Assembly: GCA_017561085.1 (NCBI GenBank)
Contig: JAFZDQ010000060.1
Location: 17,691 to 81,690 of the forward strand
Source: Lachnospiraceae bacterium
Lineage (GTDB): Bacteria > Bacillota > Clostridia > Lachnospirales > Lachnospiraceae
DNA length: 64,000 nt
Direction of reading: 5' to 3'
The notes beneath the pieces are model-generated. The model made no database searches. It saw nothing but the letters and a program-made list of their open reading frames with translations, and was not told the DNA's origin. The stretch's first letter is position 1. Every line of letters starts with the position of its first letter. Made by a program: the position numbers and the translations under genes. Below, piece by piece: positions 50,005-58,553 of this stretch.

Positions 50005-51192
50005 ATGGCTAAAGCTAAATTTGACAGATCCAAAACCCATTGTAATATCGGTACCATCGGCCACGTTGACCATGGTAAAACAACATTAACAGCAGCAATC
50101 ACCAAGGTTCTTGCTGAAAGAGTTGCTGGTAATGAAGCTACAGACTTCGAGAACATCGATAAAGCTCCCGAAGAAAGAGAAAGAGGTATTACAATCTCTA
50201 CAGCTCACGTAGAATATTCTACAGAAAACAGACACTACGCTCACGTAGACTGTCCTGGACATGCTGACTACGTTAAGAACATGATTACCGGTGCTGCTCA
50301 GATGGACGGTGCAATCCTCGTTGTATCATCTGCTGATGGTCCTATGCCTCAGACAAGAGAACACATCCTTCTTTCCCGTCAGGTAGGTGTACCTTACATC
50401 GTAGTATTCATGAACAAGTGTGATATGGTTGATGACCCTGAACTTCTTGAATTAGTAGAAATGGAAATCACAGAACAGCTTGAAGAATATGAATTCACAG
50501 ATTGTCCTATCATAAAGGGTTCCGCTCTTAAGGCTCTTGAAGATCCTCACAGTGAATGGGGTGACAAGATCATGGAACTTATGGCTACAGTTGACGAATA
50601 TATTCCTGATCCTGAAAGACAGACAGATAAGCCTTTCCTTATGCCTGTAGAAGACGTATTCACCATCACAGGTCGTGGTACTGTTGCTACCGGTAGAGTA
50701 GAACGTGGTACACTTCATATCAACGAAGAAGTTGAAATCGTTGGTATCAAAGAAGAAACACGTAAGACTGTTGTTACAGGTATCGAAATGTTCCGTAAGC
50801 TCCTTGATGAAGCTCAGGCTGGTGATAACATCGGTGCACTTCTTCGTGGTGTTCAGAGAACAGAAATCGAAAGAGGTCAGGTTCTTTCCAAACCCGGTTC
50901 TGTAAAATGTCATACAAAATTTACAGCTCAGGTTTACGTTTTAACCAAAGATGAAGGTGGACGTCATACTCCTTTCTTCAACAACTACAGACCTCAGTTC
51001 TACTTCAGAACAACTGACGTTACTGGTGTATGTAACCTTCCTGCTGGTACAGAAATGTGCATGCCTGGTGATAACGTAGAAATGACTATCGAACTGATCC
51101 ATCCCATCGCTATGGAACAGGGTCTTACTTTCGCTATCCGTGAAGGTGGACGTACTGTAGGTTCAGGCCGTGTTGCTACAATCATCGAATAA
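50005..51192 (+). CDS. tuf: Elongation factor Tu
   Basis: [29 protein letters not shown]. Confidence 0.99.
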   Translation: MAKAKFDRSKTHCNIGTIGHVDHGKTTLTAAITKVLAERVAGNEATDFENIDKAPEERERGITISTAHVEYSTENRHYAHVDCPGHADYVKNMITGAAQMDGAILVVSSADGPMPQTREHILLSRQVGVPYIVVFMNKCDMVDDPELLELVEMEITEQLEEYEFTDCPIIKGSALKALEDPHSEWGDKIMELMATVDEYIPDPERQTDKPFLMPVEDVFTITGRGTVATGRVERGTLHINEEVEIVGIKEETRKTVVTGIEMFRKLLDEAQAGDNIGALLRGVQRTEIERGQVLSKPGSVKCHTKFTAQVYVLTKDEGGRHTPFFNNYRPQFYFRTTDVTGVCNLPAGTEMCMPGDNVEMTIELIHPIAMEQGLTFAIREGGRTVGSGRVATIIE

Positions 51193-51224
51193 TCTTTGAT
51201 TTAGTATCATAGAAACTTAAATAC

Positions 51225-51268
51225 AAGCCGCAATTCCTCATTTTATGAGGAGTTGCGGCTTCTTTTTG
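51225..51268 (+). terminator. Intrinsic terminator after tuf
   Basis: AAGCCGCAATTCCTCA-TTTTA-TGAGGAGTTGCGGCTT followed by CTTTTTG. Confidence 0.85.
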
Positions 51269-51410
51269 TTTAGAAAAGATGGTCGAACATGAAGAAAAGC
51301 CCACTTTGAGATTTCTCTCGAAATGGGCTCGTGATACGCGCGTGATACACGTCAAAAAAACAAATGATTATCCGGTGTATCTGTGGTGCGGACATTATAT
51401 GTATTATCTT

Positions 51411-51851
51411 TTAATCTTCAGCGTGTGGCCAGTTAATCTTCCATTCAAAATACTCTTCTTTGGTAATTTTACCGGAGGCTAAGTCCTCTTTTTTCTTTTT
51501 CCAAGTATTCAGGAAATCATCCAGTAAAGAATAATCAAAACCAACAGCGATATGTTTCTCAGTAGGGTCCTCAGGATTTGCCACCTCGTAGAGAGGCATG
51601 TTGTAGTGCTCATCCAGTTCGAAGAGCGCGTACATCACATCTTCCGCTGCGTAGAGGGAAGGCTCGTAGATGGAGCGGTAATTACAGTTTAAGGCTTTTG
51701 CCAGCTCCTGTATCATATCTTCCTTTGGGGTGCGGTTGCCGATTTCGTACTGACGGATTCGCACATCGGATAAGCCAACAGCTTCTCCAAGCTGAGCCTG
51801 TGTTAATTTGCGGAAATTTCTAATTCGTTTTATTCGTTCACCAATAGCCAT
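51411..51851 (-). CDS. XRE-family HTH repressor (ImmR-like), 146 aa
   Basis: IGERIKRIRNFRKLTQAQLGEAVGLSDVRIRQYEIGNRTP. GGAAGGAG RBS; divergent from xis. Confidence 0.88.
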   Translation of the reverse strand: MAIGERIKRIRNFRKLTQAQLGEAVGLSDVRIRQYEIGNRTPKEDMIQELAKALNCNYRSIYEPSLYAAEDVMYALFELDEHYNMPLYEVANPEDPTEKHIAVGFDYSLLDDFLNTWKKKKEDLASGKITKEEYFEWKINWPHAED

Positions 51852-51874
51852 CGTGTAACTCCTTCCAATTGAAT

Positions 51875-52013
51875 AGTAACAATATCGTTTCTGATAATAC
51901 AATAACATAAATGTTACTGTATGGCAAATGAAATATTTTTTTCGTCCACCTATTGACAGAAACGAATATGTTACTGTATAATCAAAAACACAAACAGTAA
52001 CGAAAAGGTTACT
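51875..52013. promoter_or_regulatory. Four 18-bp palindromic operators plus the xis-int promoter
   Basis: A(G/A)(T/A)AAC-N6-GTT(A/T)CT at 51875, 51901, 51958 and 51996. TTGACA (51953)-N18-TATAAT (51977). Confidence 0.8.
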
Positions 52014-52084
52014 CATAACAAAATGAGGAGGTGAATGTCATGAGCAAGTCGCATACATAAGTATAGCGGAAAGGAGGAAGGAGT

Positions 52085-52270
52085 ATGACGAAACGCTATT
52101 TATCTGCTAAGGAAGTTGCAGAACTTCTGGGAATTGCAGAATCAACCGCTTACGCAGTCATCCGGGGCTGGAATAAGGAACTTAAGAGTGAAGGATACTT
52201 CACCAAGGCAGGTTCTGTTCCCAGAGCCTACTTCGAAAAGAAGTGCTACGGATTTAGCGAAGCACAATAG
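52085..52270 (+). CDS. Excisionase-like small HTH protein
   Basis: YLSAKEVAELLGIAESTAYAVIRGWNKELKSEGYFTKAGSVPRAYF. Directly upstream of the integrase. Confidence 0.8.
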   Translation: MTKRYLSAKEVAELLGIAESTAYAVIRGWNKELKSEGYFTKAGSVPRAYFEKKCYGFSEAQ

Positions 52271-52338
52271 ATGAACTTTGATAACTGAATAGGCGTACCC
52301 GGGCAACCGGGTATGCCGCACAGGGAGAAAGAGAGGTA

Positions 52339-53472
52339 ATGATTATGCCGGTTTACAAAGATGAACAAAGAGGCACCTGGTATTTTAAATGTAACTATCG
52401 TGATTGGCAGGGTGAGATTAAGACGAAGATGAAGCGTGGATTTGCAACCAAGAAGGAAGCACAGAAGTGTGAGCGTGAATTCATTGAGATGCAGAGCGGC
52501 AATATGAATATGAAGCTAGCTAACTTCGTGGAGGTCTACTTCAATGATAAAGGAACGAGACTGAAGGAACGTTCCATCATGACGAAGCGAACCCTGATTG
52601 AAACTAAGATAATTCCTAACTTTGGAGAGAAGCCCATGAATGAGATTACGGCGGTGGATATCATCAAGTGGCAGAATATGCTGATGAATCAGGAGTATTC
52701 ACCAACGTATCTTAGGATGATACAGAACCAGCTGACGGCACTGTTTAACCACGCAGAAAGGTTTTACGATTTGCGTGATAACCCTTGTAAGAAGGTGGAT
52801 AAGATGGGCAGGTCAAACGCCAGAGAGTTAAACTTCTGGACCAAGGACGAGTATGAGGACTTTATCAAAGGCTTTGGAGCAGAAGATGAAATGTACCGGA
52901 TTATCTTCCAGATGTTATTCTGGCTGGGATGTCGAATCGGAGAGGTACTGGCACTGACAGCTTCGGATATCGACTTGGAGAATGGAACCATAAGCGTGTC
53001 CAAGACTTATTTCAGAAGAAATAAAACCGATTATATCACTTCACCGAAGACGGAAAGCTCCAATCGTAAGATTACCATCCCAAAGTTCCTTAAGGGAGAG
53101 ATAAAAGAGTATCTGGACAGGCAGTATGAGCTGGCTCCGGAGGATAGAATCTTTCCTATCACGGACAGGGCGGTGCAGAAGAAGATGAAGCAGAAGACGG
53201 AGGAGACGAAGTTAAAACCGATTCGAGTTCACGACCTCCGCCACTCGCACATCGCCTTGTTAATCGAGAAGGGGCTGCAGCCTTTGGTTATCGCACAGCG
53301 AGTGGGGCACGACTCCGTAAATACCACAATGAACATTTACGGACACCTGTATCCCAATAAGCAGAAGGAAGTGGCAGACCTGCTGAATGCCGAGGCAACT
53401 GGAGAGCTGGAAAACAATCTGGTGGATATGGCAACGGAGATGCGTTTTAGAAAGGCAGGTGGCTGGTCGTGA
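52339..53472 (+). CDS. Tyrosine recombinase/integrase with N-terminal arm-binding domain
   Basis: GCRIGEVLAL (R), HDLRH, GHDSVNTTMNIYGH (H, Y) catalytic motifs. N-terminal MKRGFATKKEA. Confidence 0.95.
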   Translation: MIMPVYKDEQRGTWYFKCNYRDWQGEIKTKMKRGFATKKEAQKCEREFIEMQSGNMNMKLANFVEVYFNDKGTRLKERSIMTKRTLIETKIIPNFGEKPMNEITAVDIIKWQNMLMNQEYSPTYLRMIQNQLTALFNHAERFYDLRDNPCKKVDKMGRSNARELNFWTKDEYEDFIKGFGAEDEMYRIIFQMLFWLGCRIGEVLALTASDIDLENGTISVSKTYFRRNKTDYITSPKTESSNRKITIPKFLKGEIKEYLDRQYELAPEDRIFPITDRAVQKKMKQKTEETKLKPIRVHDLRHSHIALLIEKGLQPLVIAQRVGHDSVNTTMNIYGHLYPNKQKEVADLLNAEATGELENNLVDMATEMRFRKAGGWS

Positions 53473-53711
53473 GAATGGTAAGAGGATTTTACAACGAGCA
53501 GAATAATACGGTGAATGTGGTTCACTACGATACCAATTATGTTATCAGTCTTGATTGTGGTAAATGGGAGCAGGGTCTTCGGACCACTCCCAACTCCCAA
53601 GGGAAGATGGATGCATTGGCTATTGAGGACCCGGTGGAGTATGTGAGGATGATGCTTAACGGGGAGATGCAGGTGTGGCTGGATGCGCTGGATGACCTGA
53701 GCGTGTGGTAG
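53469..53711 (+). CDS. Small hypothetical protein (DUF6061-like) coupled to the integrase
   Basis: Start overlaps the int stop. ISLDC...MD.LAIEDPVEYVRMMLNG pattern recalled from DUF6061 proteins found next to MobV relaxases. Confidence 0.5.
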   Translation: MRMVRGFYNEQNNTVNVVHYDTNYVISLDCGKWEQGLRTTPNSQGKMDALAIEDPVEYVRMMLNGEMQVWLDALDDLSVW

Positions 53712-53715
53712 GACG

Positions 53716-53910
53716 AAAGTGGAGCCATTTCACAAAAGGTGCTCCAAAATATGGAGTCAAAATCGAAAAGTGGCGTCAAAAAGTGGAGCACCTTTTCTGA
53801 GGAGAGAATTATCCAATATAAAAAGGTGAGTCACAATGTGGAGCCAAAATGAAGAAGTGACTCCACAAAGTGGAGCCGTTTTTCAAAAAGGGAGACGAAA
53901 GTGGCACACC
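53716..53910. repeat. Degenerate direct/inverted repeat array, core AAAGTGGAGCC
   Basis: About 9-10 copies, including a perfect 12-bp inverted pair AAAAGGTGCTCC (53734) / GGAGCACCTTTT (53785). Confidence 0.75.
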
Positions 53911-54042
53911 TGCGGATAGAGGATATCCGGTTGGTGACAAGAATAAAAATATCCTAAAGTGAGGCACCAACATACAGCTGTGAATACCGGCTACTGGCAA
54001 ATAATTTTACCAAATGCCGGTAGGAGCAGATGTATTCGAGGT

Positions 54043-54110
54043 CAAGCGACGGAACGCTTGCCCCGTTTGTGTTTGGGGTACCCCCAAACCAATAAGGGGA
54101 CATTACTTTA
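54043..54110. promoter_or_regulatory. Putative oriT upstream of the MobV relaxase
   Basis: Adjacent hairpins CAAGCG-ACGGAA-CGCTTG and GTTTGGGG-TAC-CCCCAAAC, about 120-180 bp upstream of the relaxase start. Confidence 0.45.
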
Positions 54111-54220
54111 GGGGAAGCGAAGAATATGGGGGAACCCAAAGAAAGGAGGAAGACGACCATGAGCAGAGATTTCTTAAGGAAACTTTTGATAAAACTAAAT
54201 ATAGATAAGAAGAGAGGGAT

Positions 54221-55678
54221 TTGATGACAGGTAAGAAAGAAAAGACCATCAGTGGTGCCATGTACAGCGCACCTAATCTGGAGCACAATCTTAGAACCCA
54301 CATTCCACCTAACTCCGTAGAGGAGCGGCGGCATTTAAATATGGTATATACAGATGATTGGGGGATTACCCTTCAGCAGGTATATGAAAAGTTATTTGCC
54401 GAGCATTACCGAGTGTGGAGAGAGCGGGAAATCAAGAAAGGGCGCGGAAAAAGATTTCCCCCGACCTATTATGAGAAGATTGAGCAGGATAAACAGAAAC
54501 ACCTTTGCTACGAGATTATCTGGCAGATAGGGGATATGCGGGACACGGGTTTCGTGTATACGCCGGAGGAAGCGAACCGGGCACAGGACTTGCTGGATGA
54601 ATTTGCAAAGTATCTGTTGGAACTGCCGGAGGTATGTGTGGTGACGGAAAAGGAGCTGAATGATCCGGACTGGAAGCCACCGTTTGAGGCAGGGCTGATT
54701 GTCCACCACATGGTTTATCATGGGGATGAAAATTCTCCCCACATTCACATGACCTATATTCCATACACAACCAACTCCTCAAAAGGGGCACCGGTCCAGA
54801 ATGCATTTGCACAGACCTTCAAGGATTTGGGGTATCCTACCACCATGAAGCAGGCAGTGACTGAGACCGGCGATTTGGTCTGGCAGAAGGATGAGGACGG
54901 GAGGCTTAAGCCACAGATGAAGCGTAACAGTTATGGTGGTGCTGATTGGGTGGAAACCCAGAAGGCGGTGCTTCAGGAAATGATGCTAAAAGAGTTTGGT
55001 TGGGAGCGTTTTTACAAAGGCTCCAATCCGAGAGGAAATCTTACCTTGTCGGACTACCGCAGGGAAAAGGCGGCAGAGATGGCGAAGGAAGAGGAACGGA
55101 AACTTGAGGATATTAAGGATAAGGTTGCAACCGGGCAGGCTACCATTCAGGCACAGACGGAGCAGATGGAGGCGATACTGGAGTCGCTGGATAAGGGAGC
55201 AGAAGCAGAGCGGCAGCTGTCAGTTAGGATTACTGATAAAAATGCAGAGCTGAATGAAGTGCTACAGGATTTGACGGATAAAAGCTATGAGCTGGATGAA
55301 GTGAAGCAGGACCTAACGGATAAAAAGAATGAGGTACTGGAGCAGGAGAAACAGTTAACTCTTATCAAGGCAGACGCTGACGAGACGATTCAGAAAGCAC
55401 AGTTTGCAGAAGAACTAATCGATTACTTTAGGAATACCAATTCCGGAGAACGGGAGAAGGCATACTTTGAAAAGATGTTGGACCTTAAATACGAGAATGA
55501 GTGTCTGAAGCGAGAGAATGAGGTGTTGAAAGCCGAGAACCGGACGCTGAAAGCGAAACTGGAAAAAGCATATGATTTCATGAGGCAGTTTACCATCAAT
55601 GGAATGAATATGTTGGAACACTTCCTGCGGAGTATCGGTGAGTGGGTACAGCAGAAGGTGGCTGGAATGAGTAGGTAA
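54221..55678 (+). CDS. MobV (Mob/Pre, plasmid recombination enzyme) relaxase
   Basis: N-terminal HNLR, HGDENSPHIH (HxDExxPHxH), long C-terminal coiled coil. Confidence 0.9.
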   Translation: MMTGKKEKTISGAMYSAPNLEHNLRTHIPPNSVEERRHLNMVYTDDWGITLQQVYEKLFAEHYRVWREREIKKGRGKRFPPTYYEKIEQDKQKHLCYEIIWQIGDMRDTGFVYTPEEANRAQDLLDEFAKYLLELPEVCVVTEKELNDPDWKPPFEAGLIVHHMVYHGDENSPHIHMTYIPYTTNSSKGAPVQNAFAQTFKDLGYPTTMKQAVTETGDLVWQKDEDGRLKPQMKRNSYGGADWVETQKAVLQEMMLKEFGWERFYKGSNPRGNLTLSDYRREKAAEMAKEEERKLEDIKDKVATGQATIQAQTEQMEAILESLDKGAEAERQLSVRITDKNAELNEVLQDLTDKSYELDEVKQDLTDKKNEVLEQEKQLTLIKADADETIQKAQFAEELIDYFRNTNSGEREKAYFEKMLDLKYENECLKRENEVLKAENRTLKAKLEKAYDFMRQFTINGMNMLEHFLRSIGEWVQQKVAGMSR

Positions 55679-55694
55679 AATGAGTAAGCAAACA

Positions 55695-55722
55695 GGAGGG
55701 GTGCGAAAGCACCTCTTCTTTT
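55695..55722 (+). terminator. Intrinsic terminator after the relaxase
   Basis: GGAGGGGTGC-GAAA-GCACCTCTTC-TTTT. Confidence 0.75.
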
Positions 55723-55846
55723 ATCTGGTGTAAGACTAAAATAAAAGGAATTTTTTATGGGAACGAGATATGATTTCAAATCTAGTTGTGGTAAAATTTA
55801 TAATAGTAGTTGTTAATTGGATTAATATATGGGGAGATGTTTACAT

Positions 55847-56854
55847 ATGAAAATTGAGATGGGAGAATCTTTATTTTATTCATGGCTTAGGCATGTCAAA
55901 GAATGTCAGATTGTGCAAACAAACTGGAAGGTTTCAGGTAGATGGGAAATGCTGCATGAGAAAGAAATTCAAGATTTGATGAGTCGTATAGATGAGCATT
56001 TTTCCAATAATTACAGTTATAATATTTTCAAGAAGAATGCCTCTGTATATCAGATTATTCAGCAAGCAGAGTGTGATGTGTTGGGCGTGTCTTTTAGTGG
56101 AAATGAAAAGCAGTTTTATGCAGTGGATGTTGCTTTTCATGAAGCGGGTCTTAATTATGGAACAAGAGAAGAGACTGTTATGAAGGTGATTGCAAAAAGT
56201 GTACGTACGGCTATTTGTTTGTATGGATATATGGATACCAAAGGAGCGGAAATTATTTTTGCATCGCCTAAGATTAATCAAGCTATTCTTGATGATTTAG
56301 TGCCGTGTATTAATGATTTGAATAACTTGTTTCGGATATATGGGTATGAGTTCGCTGTACGCGTGATTGCGAATGAACAGTTTAATGAATCGGTATTACA
56401 GCCTATTTTGTTAGCGAGCGGTGGAATTGCAGATACATCTGAGTTGTTTATTCGTGCATATCAGATGTATGGAATGTTTGAGAATACAACTGAATCGAAA
56501 AAGTCATCAGTACGTGTAAATAAAGCGGACATTCCGAAATATAGTGCGCAAATTCGAAGTGAGCTAAAAATAGGTAAGCTTGTTCAGTTGGTTCTTCGTC
56601 CTTTGTTACAAAGTGATAATGTAAGTGAGGAAGAAATTAATTTGTTACAAGAGAAAGAATACTGTAAAAAGCATTTTGATATTCAGTATCCGCTACTATT
56701 AAAAACAACAGCAGAAGAAAAGGAATTACACTATTATAAAGAACGATTTTATATTAAAGGGGAAAGCTATAGGTTATGTTGTGAATGGTTTGAAAAAGAA
56801 GCAAATAATGACAGACCTTATTTGGAAAAATGGATAGCTGAACATAATGAATAA
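55847..56854 (+). CDS. Hypothetical protein with restriction-endonuclease-like N-terminus and a separate C-terminal domain
   Basis: GESLFYSWLRH...ECDVLG...YAVDVAFHEAGLNY resembles a PD-(D/E)xK-type core. C-terminal KIGKLVQ...YYKERF.IKGESY.LCCEW domain. Confidence 0.55.
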   Translation: MKIEMGESLFYSWLRHVKECQIVQTNWKVSGRWEMLHEKEIQDLMSRIDEHFSNNYSYNIFKKNASVYQIIQQAECDVLGVSFSGNEKQFYAVDVAFHEAGLNYGTREETVMKVIAKSVRTAICLYGYMDTKGAEIIFASPKINQAILDDLVPCINDLNNLFRIYGYEFAVRVIANEQFNESVLQPILLASGGIADTSELFIRAYQMYGMFENTTESKKSSVRVNKADIPKYSAQIRSELKIGKLVQLVLRPLLQSDNVSEEEINLLQEKEYCKKHFDIQYPLLLKTTAEEKELHYYKERFYIKGESYRLCCEWFEKEANNDRPYLEKWIAEHNE

Positions 56855-56896
56855 AACTAGAAGGAGTGCGAACGTACTCCTTCTTCGTCTTTTGAT

Positions 56897-57061
56897 AGTA
56901 TGTTGGAAAAGTGCGTTGGAAAAATATGTTTTATGTTGGAAATTCCAACATAGATTGTGAAAGTATGTTGGTATTTCCGGGTGGGCGGGGAATTGGGGGA
57001 TAAGGTATCGGGGAAAGTATGTAGGAAAAGTATGTCGGAAATGCGGGAGGTGTGTTGGAAA
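56897..57061. repeat. Degenerate repeat array, core TATGTTGGAAA, with a 21-bp palindrome
   Basis: About 8 copies. TATGTTGGAA-A-TTCCAACATA at 56932-56952. Confidence 0.7.
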
Positions 57062-57102
57062 GTAAGATGTGGGATATGCAATATTATTATCTGAGAAAAT
57101 CG

Positions 57103-57140
57103 TTGATTGGGTGAGATATAAATGCTATAATAATGCTATA
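57103..57140 (+). promoter_or_regulatory. Sigma-A promoter of the HTH-MTase-REase operon with overlapping direct repeat
   Basis: TTGATT-N17-TATAAT with extended TG. AATGCTATA repeated at 57121 and 57132. Confidence 0.65.
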
Positions 57141-57163
57141 TTTATGAGATGAGGAGAATGCAT

Positions 57164-57379
57164 ATGAAGTTTGCAGATGAAATTAAAGATTTACGTCGAA
57201 AATGTTTGTTGAGTCAGACTGATTTTGCTAGAGAAATAGGGGTTTCTTTTTCTACTGTGAATAGGTGGGAAACAGGAAAATCTAAGCCAAATTATAAAGC
57301 ATTAAAAAGACTAGATGAATATTGCAAAAAGAATTCTATTAATTTTGTATGTTCAGAATTGATACAGGAGGATGAATAA
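57164..57379 (+). CDS. XRE HTH protein, putative R-M controller
   Basis: IKDLRRKCLLSQTDFAREIGVSFSTVNRWETGKSKP. Stop overlaps the MTase start. Confidence 0.8.
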   Translation: MKFADEIKDLRRKCLLSQTDFAREIGVSFSTVNRWETGKSKPNYKALKRLDEYCKKNSINFVCSELIQEDE

Positions 57380-58551
57380 TGGCTTATACACATATAGATT
57401 GTTTTAGTGGTCCGGGTGGGATTTGTACAGGAATGCATGCAGCAGGATTTGATACAAAAGTTGCAATTGAATATATAAAAAGTTGTGTAGATACATATAA
57501 GGCAAATCACCCGGAGGTTCACGTAATTCATTCAGATATAAGAAATGTTACAGCAGAACAAATTTTGCCGTATATTCCGGCGGACGGTGTGGATTTAGTT
57601 ACTTCTGGGATGCCGTGTGAAACTTTTTCTACAGCAGGAAATACATCAAGATCATTTTATGATGATAGACAGTTCCTTTTTAGAGAGGGGATAAGAATCG
57701 CACAGATAGCAAAAGCAAAAATGATATTATTCGAAAATGTGCCGGCAATTGTCACAAAAACAGTTGAAAAGAATGATCCAACATTGATCGTAGACGTACT
57801 GAAATATGAGTTAAAAGAGGCGGGCTACGAGAATATGGTTCAAGTGGTTTTGGATGCTTCTCAATTTGGTGTCCCTCAACGAAGAAAGAGATTTTTTATA
57901 TTAGCAACAAAGGACAAAAAAATAAATCTATCTGTACCGGAAGTGATATCTGATAAGATTGTGACAGTGGATGAAGCTTTTATTGATTTATTGAATGTTA
58001 TTCCAAATAGTGAAAAGGCAAAAGATAAATATGGAAAGAAGAGTAGTGATTATTCTAAGTTGATGAGAAACGATGAGTTCTGGAAACGTCAAGAACATCA
58101 TACTGATAAACTTACATATCAACATCCGATGAGACATCGTGATTGTACATTGGAAAGATTTTCTTTGTTGAAGCAGGGGGAAAGCTTGAAAGATTTATTT
58201 GATAGATATCAAGGAAAAGAGAGAGAAAAGCTTCAAGAAAGACGCGTGTTGCCAAAAAAAATGTTTATTAAGCGTAATTATCGATTAGTTGGAAAGGATG
58301 CAGCACCTACGGTCACATCGCACTGTTTAGATGAATTTGTGCATCCGAAGTATGACAGAGCTCTTACAGTTAGAGAGTGTGCAAGACTTCAAAGTTTTCC
58401 GGACAGTTATGATTTTTGTGGTGGACCATATTTAACACCACACTTACATAATGATATTCAAGATAAGTATGAGCAAATTGGAGATGCCGTTCCACCTTTG
58501 TTGGCGTACGCATGGGGAATAAAAATATCTGAGCTTTTAGGAGGAAAATAA
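57379..58551 (+). CDS. C5-cytosine DNA methyltransferase
   Basis: Motif I FSGPGG, IV GMPCETFS, VI ENV, VIII QRRKRFF, IX RALTVRECARLQSFPD, X QIGDAVPP. Confidence 0.95.
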   Translation: MAYTHIDCFSGPGGICTGMHAAGFDTKVAIEYIKSCVDTYKANHPEVHVIHSDIRNVTAEQILPYIPADGVDLVTSGMPCETFSTAGNTSRSFYDDRQFLFREGIRIAQIAKAKMILFENVPAIVTKTVEKNDPTLIVDVLKYELKEAGYENMVQVVLDASQFGVPQRRKRFFILATKDKKINLSVPEVISDKIVTVDEAFIDLLNVIPNSEKAKDKYGKKSSDYSKLMRNDEFWKRQEHHTDKLTYQHPMRHRDCTLERFSLLKQGESLKDLFDRYQGKEREKLQERRVLPKKMFIKRNYRLVGKDAAPTVTSHCLDEFVHPKYDRALTVRECARLQSFPDSYDFCGGPYLTPHLHNDIQDKYEQIGDAVPPLLAYAWGIKISELLGGK

Positions 58552-58553
58552 AT

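Noticed and set aside
51277-51290. Minus-strand TCGACCA resembling a tRNA-Pro 3' end as the att core
   Set aside because: Only about 7 nt match and the T-arm is absent. It cannot be supported without the other junction.
54014-54208. 64-aa ORF upstream of the relaxase
   Set aside because: It runs through the putative oriT hairpins and has no clear RBS or domain.
53716-57061. Short repeat arrays in the mobile element as mini-CRISPRs
   Set aside because: Repeats are 11-13 bp, degenerate, irregularly spaced and in mixed orientation. No cas genes.
57379-58551. MTase inactivated because of variant motifs (FSGPGG, PCE, GDAV)
   Set aside because: The catalytic PC, ENV and motif VIII arginines are intact and the ORF is uninterrupted next to an intact REase.
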